Source: Candidatus Bathyarchaeota archaeon
GTDB taxonomy: Archaea; Thermoproteota; Bathyarchaeia; TCS64
Length of the DNA stretch: 41,810 nucleotides
Direction of reading: 5' to 3'
NCBI GenBank assembly: GCA_020354065.1
Contig: CP070640.1
Span: 482,013 to 523,822, forward strand
How positions within the stretch are numbered: position 1 is the stretch's first letter; every line of letters starts with the position of its first letter. Shown piece after piece: positions 36,996 to 41,810 of this stretch. The notes beneath the pieces are model-generated. The model ran no database searches, had not been told where the DNA came from, and saw only the letters and a program-made list of their open reading frames with translations. The translations under genes and the position numbers were made by a program.

Positions 36996-38294
36996 TCAGG
37001 CTCCGTTGATCTCCTCTTTCTTGGGTTCCACGATGAATAGGAGGGTCATTAACAGGGGCGGTATTATCAGGATGAACTGGAGCAAGAAGGGTATCTTATG
37101 GCTGACATTGTCGTACAACCAACCTCCTGCGAACATCCCCAATGATAGGGCGAGCATTGAGAAGAATCCTCTTGAACCGTTCACCTTTCCCCTATGCTCT
37201 CTGGGCACTAGATCGGCCGTTAAGGCCATGACGGCTCCGCCAACGAGCACCTGGACAAGACCGATAAGACTCATCGACACAATAAGCTTTATGAAGTCTC
37301 CCCAGACGAGGAGGGGGATGGCTATCCCCCAGATGATGAATGCCGCCATGATAGGTTTCTTCTTCCCGAACTTGTCGATTATTTTTCCAGCCGGGATGGC
37401 CAGGATGATCATAGAGATGAAGAGGGCGGCCATGATGTAGGAGAAGGCCACGTATCCGATGCCGAGATCGTCGAGGATGTATAATGTGAATACTGGCTGG
37501 AAGATCCCGATAGTGAAGTTCATCATGATGAATATTAGGAATAGGATGAAGGCGCCCCTCGGCACAATCTTCCAGACGTTAATGCTCTCTCTGAACGAGC
37601 TCGGGTATGCCCCCAGCATCTCTGAAAGATTGATCTTGGTTGGATTCTCCACTGTTTCCTTGAGCCTTGAGCGGAGCATAGTGGCTATCAGGAAACCGAC
37701 AACGACGATGATGTAAGAGAGCCTCACACTGGGTATCAGACCCATCCTAATGTAGAGCATCCCTGCGATGAGGGGCGCCGGGGTCGTCGATACGCTTGCG
37801 ATGAGGTTGATGATACTGAAGCCCATGCCCCTCTTCTCTTTGGGGACGGAGTCGGCTATGATAGCGTTCAAAGCAGGCTGGTACATGCCGGTGAATCCAA
37901 CGAGCACAGCTCCGACCAGGATCCACTCCCAGCCAGGGGCGATCGCATAGAAAACCCTGGCGATGCCTGCGAAGAAGGTCATCGTGAAGATGAGCCACTT
38001 CCTCCCGTACTTGTCTGCGAGGTATCCACCCGGGATCTGAACAAATGCTCTCGCCACGAGCTCTGAGGCTCCTATCAGCCCGATTATTGATGCCGTGCCC
38101 CCCAGAGCCTCCACATACTTGGGGTAGTAGGTTGCAGGCAACTCACTGGCGAAGTCGAGGGCGAGCCAGCTCAGAACCATGATGAGGAAGTTGCCCTGGA
38201 TGAAGCCGAACTCTGAGCGGAGCCGACCCAGTAACCCTACCTTAGCCTGCACAGGAACTTGAATTTCTTTATCAGTTGTTGCTTTATCTAACAA
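36996..38294 (-). CDS. MFS transporter
   Basis: GGYLADKYGRK and GKIIDKFGKK (motif A), IADSVPKEKRG, and about 12 TMs. Confidence 0.93.
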   Translation of the reverse strand: MLDKATTDKEIQVPVQAKVGLLGRLRSEFGFIQGNFLIMVLSWLALDFASELPATYYPKYVEALGGTASIIGLIGASELVARAFVQIPGGYLADKYGRKWLIFTMTFFAGIARVFYAIAPGWEWILVGAVLVGFTGMYQPALNAIIADSVPKEKRGMGFSIINLIASVSTTPAPLIAGMLYIRMGLIPSVRLSYIIVVVGFLIATMLRSRLKETVENPTKINLSEMLGAYPSSFRESINVWKIVPRGAFILFLIFIMMNFTIGIFQPVFTLYILDDLGIGYVAFSYIMAALFISMIILAIPAGKIIDKFGKKKPIMAAFIIWGIAIPLLVWGDFIKLIVSMSLIGLVQVLVGGAVMALTADLVPREHRGKVNGSRGFFSMLALSLGMFAGGWLYDNVSHKIPFLLQFILIIPPLLMTLLFIVEPKKEEINGA

Positions 38295-38350
38295 CGGAAC
38301 CCCCTCTTAATCCTACAACATAGTTATTCGCTGATTCTCGAGCTTGCCCA

Positions 38351-38863
38351 TCAATAAGTCCTCATCCTAACTTTCTGCCTCTCGATGAGTTCCTCGATCT
38401 GTTCCAGGATGACGGTTCTGCGACCTGTTCCATTCCGAGCTTTTTGTTGCGTGTACCTGTCCCAGCCATAGTTTCCTGGATATATGCCCATGAGCGACTT
38501 GTAAGTCATGACGCTATTAGATGGCACAATAGTTTGCTTCCACTGAGGTCCGACTACTGTCTCGTACTTGTCGCTGTGAATGTTATCTTTCGTGTCAGTG
38601 TACTTGTTCATCCAGTGTAGAGTAAAGATCCCGGAGAACAACAGAGGGAGGTAGAAGAAGGCTTGTAAGGTTATCCATGTCTGAGTTAGGCCTTCTCGGC
38701 GGTGGAACGTTGTTGTTGCATAGAGTACCCAGATCAGCGTGGAGGCGACTGCTATTATCAGGTAGGTTCGATAGATCCTAACCAAGTTTGGATGCTGATG
38801 GAACCAGTCTTCAACACCAGTCTTAAAATTCATATCCCTCAATCCCTTCAGTTGATACTTCAT
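38351..38863 (-). CDS. 2-TM hypothetical protein
   Basis: Two hydrophobic helices and a soluble tail. Starts 1 nt after the previous stop. Confidence 0.7.
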   Translation of the reverse strand: MKYQLKGLRDMNFKTGVEDWFHQHPNLVRIYRTYLIIAVASTLIWVLYATTTFHRREGLTQTWITLQAFFYLPLLFSGIFTLHWMNKYTDTKDNIHSDKYETVVGPQWKQTIVPSNSVMTYKSLMGIYPGNYGWDRYTQQKARNGTGRRTVILEQIEELIERQKVRMRTY

Positions 38864-38864
38864 C

Positions 38865-39047
38865 TCACAACCGGGTGCGCGATTCCTCTTTCTCAGGGTG
38901 GTTCCTGACGGTCACGTCGGTGTGTGCCTCCACTGTCTCCGTGTACCTGATTAAGCCGCTGACTCGGATGGCTGGGATCGACGCAGGCTCGAGTTTCTCC
39001 TCGTACTCCTTCATCCGCTCTTCTGCGCTTTTACTCATCCCAGTCAC
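38865..39047 (-). CDS. Small soluble hypothetical protein
   Basis: GAGGA upstream; packed within the ArsR operon. Confidence 0.6.
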   Translation of the reverse strand: MTGMSKSAEERMKEYEEKLEPASIPAIRVSGLIRYTETVEAHTDVTVRNHPEKEESRTRL

Positions 39048-39059
39048 TCAATCCTCTGC

Positions 39060-39194
39060 CTACTCAATTCCACCAGCCGATTTGAGGACGTCCCTGATCT
39101 CTAGCAGAAGCTCCTTCATCTCCATAAGGCGCTTCTCGGACTCCCTCACGAGCTCCTCTTCGGACATCCGGTCATATCTCGGTGTCTTGGACAA
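39060..39194 (-). CDS. 44-aa helical peptide
   Basis: Not in the track. GGAGGAG then TTG: MSKTPRYDRMSEEELVRESEKRLMEMKELLLEIRDVLKSAGGIE* (alternative ATG at 39167). Confidence 0.65.
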   Translation of the reverse strand: MSKTPRYDRMSEEELVRESEKRLMEMKELLLEIRDVLKSAGGIE

Positions 39195-39196
39195 GG

Positions 39197-39529
39197 CTAC
39201 TCCTCCACGGATCTGAGGAGGTCCCTGATCTCACCCAAGATGCTGACGATGTCGTCGAACTCCTCAAGAGTCGCCTTCTGGTTCTCTCTGAGGGCCCTCA
39301 ACCTCTGCCTCTCGTACTTCCCGGAGTCGTCGAAAACAGTGCCAAGGGGACCTTCGATTACCGCTATTATTATTATGACGCCGCCGACCAATACTGCCAT
39401 TACGGCTATGAAGGCAGCGGCGATGTAGTTAAATCCGTAAAAAAGGCTGGCGTAGAGGCTGATGCCTGGAACGCCCATCCCTATGGCGATGGCGGTGAGT
39501 CCGATTATTATGGCTGAAGCCCTTGACAT
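39197..39529 (-). CDS. 2-TM protein with a C-terminal coiled helix (ILGEIRDLLR)
   Basis: Two Gly/Ala-rich TMs followed by a charged helix. Abuts the ArsR stop. Confidence 0.8.
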   Translation of the reverse strand: MSRASAIIIGLTAIAIGMGVPGISLYASLFYGFNYIAAAFIAVMAVLVGGVIIIIAVIEGPLGTVFDDSGKYERQRLRALRENQKATLEEFDDIVSILGEIRDLLRSVEE

Positions 39530-39838
39530 CTAACCATCCTCCTTGAGGATGTCTCTGATCCTCTCCGGGGTCAGTAGCAGCTCGAACTTCGAGGGCGCAT
39601 ATGTCCTCGCGCTCGGGCGGCCTTCGGTTTTCGTCTCGTGCTCTATCTCTTTGACTAGACCCATTTTTCTCAATCCCTTCAGGTGGAGGTGCGTCAGCGG
39701 ATAGGACAGGCCCATCTCCTTCGCCAGGGCGTAGGCGTGCTTGGGCTCGTCGACCAGCGATGCGATGATCCTCAGCCTTATCGGGTTGGCCAACGCCTTC
39801 AGAGTCGTCACCAGCTTCTGTGCCTCGTCTTTACCCAA
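39530..39838 (-). CDS. ArsR-family winged-helix regulator
   Basis: LKALANPIRLRII...ALAKEMGLSYPLTHLHLKGL...GLV...GRPSARTY. Confidence 0.92.
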   Translation of the reverse strand: MGKDEAQKLVTTLKALANPIRLRIIASLVDEPKHAYALAKEMGLSYPLTHLHLKGLRKMGLVKEIEHETKTEGRPSARTYAPSKFELLLTPERIRDILKEDG

Positions 39839-39856
39839 CAGGCATCTCCACGCTGG

Positions 39857-39916
39857 TATATAAGAAATTTCTTATATATATAAGTTTTTCCTTTTATACA
39901 AAGAATTTCTTATATA
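39857..39916. promoter_or_regulatory. Three overlapping palindromic operator boxes (TATAtAAG-N6-CTTaTATA)
   Basis: Perfect 22-bp palindrome TATATAAGAAATTTCTTATATA at 39857-39878, with variants at 39877-39898 and 39895-39916, directly upstream of the ArsR gene. Confidence 0.75.
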
Positions 39917-39955
39917 TGGACTGGCCTTGAAAATGGAAATCAAGGAAGAAAGGTG

Positions 39956-40231
39956 CTATTGCTCCTCGAAGTTTTCGGCGTCTATGTACATCTTCACCGT
40001 CTGGAGGGCCTGGAGGAACTCGCCGCCTCGGGCGGTGATCCTGAACCCCCTCGTGTTGCCGTACTCCTCCTCCTTCACGAGACCCCGGCTTGATAGGAAA
40101 CCGACCACATCTTTGGCCCTGTCCACGGGAAGGTTGGCTCCATATGATATCCGGGTGATGGGGCTGACTCCCTTCCGGCGTATCGTCTCAAGAGTGTCCA
40201 TGTAGATATCGTAGCGCGTTCGCCTCTTCAA
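39956..40231 (-). CDS. Archaeal winged-helix DNA-binding protein
   Basis: KRRTRYDIYMDTL...TRISYGANL...GLV...ITARGGEFL. Probable TTG start at 40231. Confidence 0.88.
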   Translation of the reverse strand: MKRRTRYDIYMDTLETIRRKGVSPITRISYGANLPVDRAKDVVGFLSSRGLVKEEEYGNTRGFRITARGGEFLQALQTVKMYIDAENFEEQ

Positions 40232-40250
40232 TGGGAGCCCCTTGGAACAT

Positions 40251-41585
40251 TTAGAAAGGTGGTTCCGGTAGCTTTTCAGTCTTTTCAGGCTGTGAGTAGA
40301 AGCGGACATCTCGGTCGGCCTGCAGCGACTCTGTGTACTTCACCTCGCCGCTCACCCGGCAGTCGTGCTCCACAGTTATGCTGTTGGCGTATATGTTTCC
40401 GGCTCTGCAGCCCTTCCTTAGGGTAACCATATCAGCATAGACATCCTCCACCCGCGCCCGCTCCCTTATCAGGACCTTCCGGCCTATGAGGGTGCCTTCC
40501 ACCTCCCCCCTCCTCCCGATCTCGATGTACTCCGCCTTTGCCCCGGACCTCGTCCTCAATGTATTCGTCCTGATCTCCTCGACGGCCTCGACCCTCTCCG
40601 CCTCAACTTTCCCTCCGACCAGAACGGCCCTGGCTTTAAGTTTCCCACCAGCCGATGCCTTCCCACCGACCCTCAGCTCCTCTGATAGCTCAAGATCGTC
40701 AGACACGTTCACAGAGCCACCTACCTCGATGTTCCGACCGTTGGCGCTCCCCTCTATCTTGACAGTGCCGCCAACATCAATGGTCTCGAAGGTAAGGTCC
40801 CCCTCGCTTCTAAGTGTCCCTCCGACGTCTATATCCCCTCCCTTTCCTCCTGATATCTTGACTGTCCCGCCCACCCTGATCCTTTCAAAGACCAGGGGAT
40901 CCGAAGACCTGAAGCTGCCGCCGACTTTTACGTCTCTGGCGGTTCCTCCGGACATCTTGACGGTTCCTCCCACGTCAATCTCCCGCACCGTGGCCTCCGA
41001 CTCTATCTTGACGGAGCCGCCCACATCGATGATTTCAGCCTCGACCTGGCCTTCTCCCTGGAAGCTGCCGCCGACGTTTATGGTTCCGCTTTTCGTCGAG
41101 CCTTCAACCCTCACGGAGCCGCCCACGTCGATCTCTTCGACCTCGGCGTCGGAACTGGCTTTGAACGAACCCCCCACATCGAGGCGGGAGGCCTTCGCGT
41201 CCCCCCTGACCCTCAGTGAGCCGCCCACTCTGACGTCCTCGGTCTCGAACTCTCCGCCGACGCCCAACCGCCTGTCCACCTCTATCTTCTTTGCTCTGAG
41301 GTTCCCGCTTACATCCAGCTCGCCTCTCCTCACCCTGATGGATTTCTCCACCGTGAGGTCGCCCTCGATCTCGATGTCTCCGCCTCGTCCCCTAAGCTCG
41401 GAGGTCACGAGGCTCGCCAGGAACTGGCAGTCGTCTCTGCAATCGGTGACGCCCGCAACCTTGACTACTCCTCCGGGTTCCATGGCCCTGACCGTCCCAT
41501 CTTGAACCACCAGGTTACCCTCGACCTCACCTATCTCCCTCACGGTCTCTCTGGTGACCCTAACCTCTTCTGGCAATTCTACCAC
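40251..41585 (-). CDS. Bactofilin-like (polymer-forming cytoskeletal) beta-helix repeat protein
   Basis: 14 xxVGG repeats, mostly at 16-18-aa period. Start uncertain (GTG 41585; ORF open to 41639). Confidence 0.8.
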   Translation of the reverse strand: MVELPEEVRVTRETVREIGEVEGNLVVQDGTVRAMEPGGVVKVAGVTDCRDDCQFLASLVTSELRGRGGDIEIEGDLTVEKSIRVRRGELDVSGNLRAKKIEVDRRLGVGGEFETEDVRVGGSLRVRGDAKASRLDVGGSFKASSDAEVEEIDVGGSVRVEGSTKSGTINVGGSFQGEGQVEAEIIDVGGSVKIESEATVREIDVGGTVKMSGGTARDVKVGGSFRSSDPLVFERIRVGGTVKISGGKGGDIDVGGTLRSEGDLTFETIDVGGTVKIEGSANGRNIEVGGSVNVSDDLELSEELRVGGKASAGGKLKARAVLVGGKVEAERVEAVEEIRTNTLRTRSGAKAEYIEIGRRGEVEGTLIGRKVLIRERARVEDVYADMVTLRKGCRAGNIYANSITVEHDCRVSGEVKYTESLQADRDVRFYSQPEKTEKLPEPPF

Positions 41586-41674
41586 TGAGACGAGAATCTG
41601 AGCCCCCCCTTTTAAAGTTAAGATACATGGAATACTCACAAATTGTTAGTACCCCAAGCTCTTCTAAAGAAGAC

Positions 41675-41809
41675 TCACTCCTTCTCGGAGTAGGTCTCGT
41701 GTATTAAGATGAAGAGGAGGCCTGTAAAGAACCTCAAGACAGCGTTGATGATGAGGCCGTTGTGGATGCCTCGCATGGTCCCTTCCAAGGCCAGGAAATT
41801 GTCGGTGAC
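41675..41809 (-). CDS. 3' end of a membrane protein (MFS-like), truncated by the window edge
   Basis: ...GIHNGLIINAVLRFFTGLLFILIHETYSEKE*; a final TM followed by xxET is typical of MFS C-termini. Confidence 0.6.
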   Translation of the reverse strand, partial: VTDNFLALEGTMRGIHNGLIINAVLRFFTGLLFILIHETYSEKE

Positions 41810-41810
41810 A

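Noticed and set aside
40486..41505. 339-aa + strand ORF with PPT repeats
   Set aside because: It is the antisense shadow of the VGG-repeat gene (GGx codons read as Pro).
36143..41810. Integrated element at tRNA-Arg
   Set aside because: No integrase and no repeat of the tRNA 3' end were seen in the window.
1..41810. CRISPR array, transposase or rRNA
   Set aside because: No regularly spaced repeats, transposase motifs or rRNA-like sequence were noticed.

Overview
Archaeal chromosomal window, most likely Bathyarchaeia (inferred from rpoN/rps2/rps17e, archaeal-type MAT, Hel308, RNase P Rpp30/Pop5, the archaeal isoprenoid cluster mvk-ipk-fni-GGPPS, mer, a CdvA-like protein and a BHB-intron tRNA-Arg). 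It is mostly housekeeping DNA with small accessory patches. No CRISPR array, integrase or IS is visible. Most notable: (1) a tandem pair of thyX-like genes (5421-6436) that each keep the catalytic/FAD motifs the other has lost, suggesting a heteromeric flavin-dependent thymidylate synthase; (2) an ArsR-led operon (38351-39916) with a triple palindromic operator, whose 2-TM protein and 44-aa peptide both end in an MscL-like L-x-EIRD-x-L helix; (3) two adjacent unrelated small proteins (19448-19994) sharing a 16-residue C-terminal tag; (4) two unassigned structured-RNA candidates (31117-31218 and 32020-32101); (5) an RHH-like regulator interrupted in an (AG)4 run; (6) enzyme homologues with altered or lost catalytic residues (HtpX, AsnB, MetE-core), plus several gene remnants. 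Family assignments rest on motif recognition only; no searches were run.
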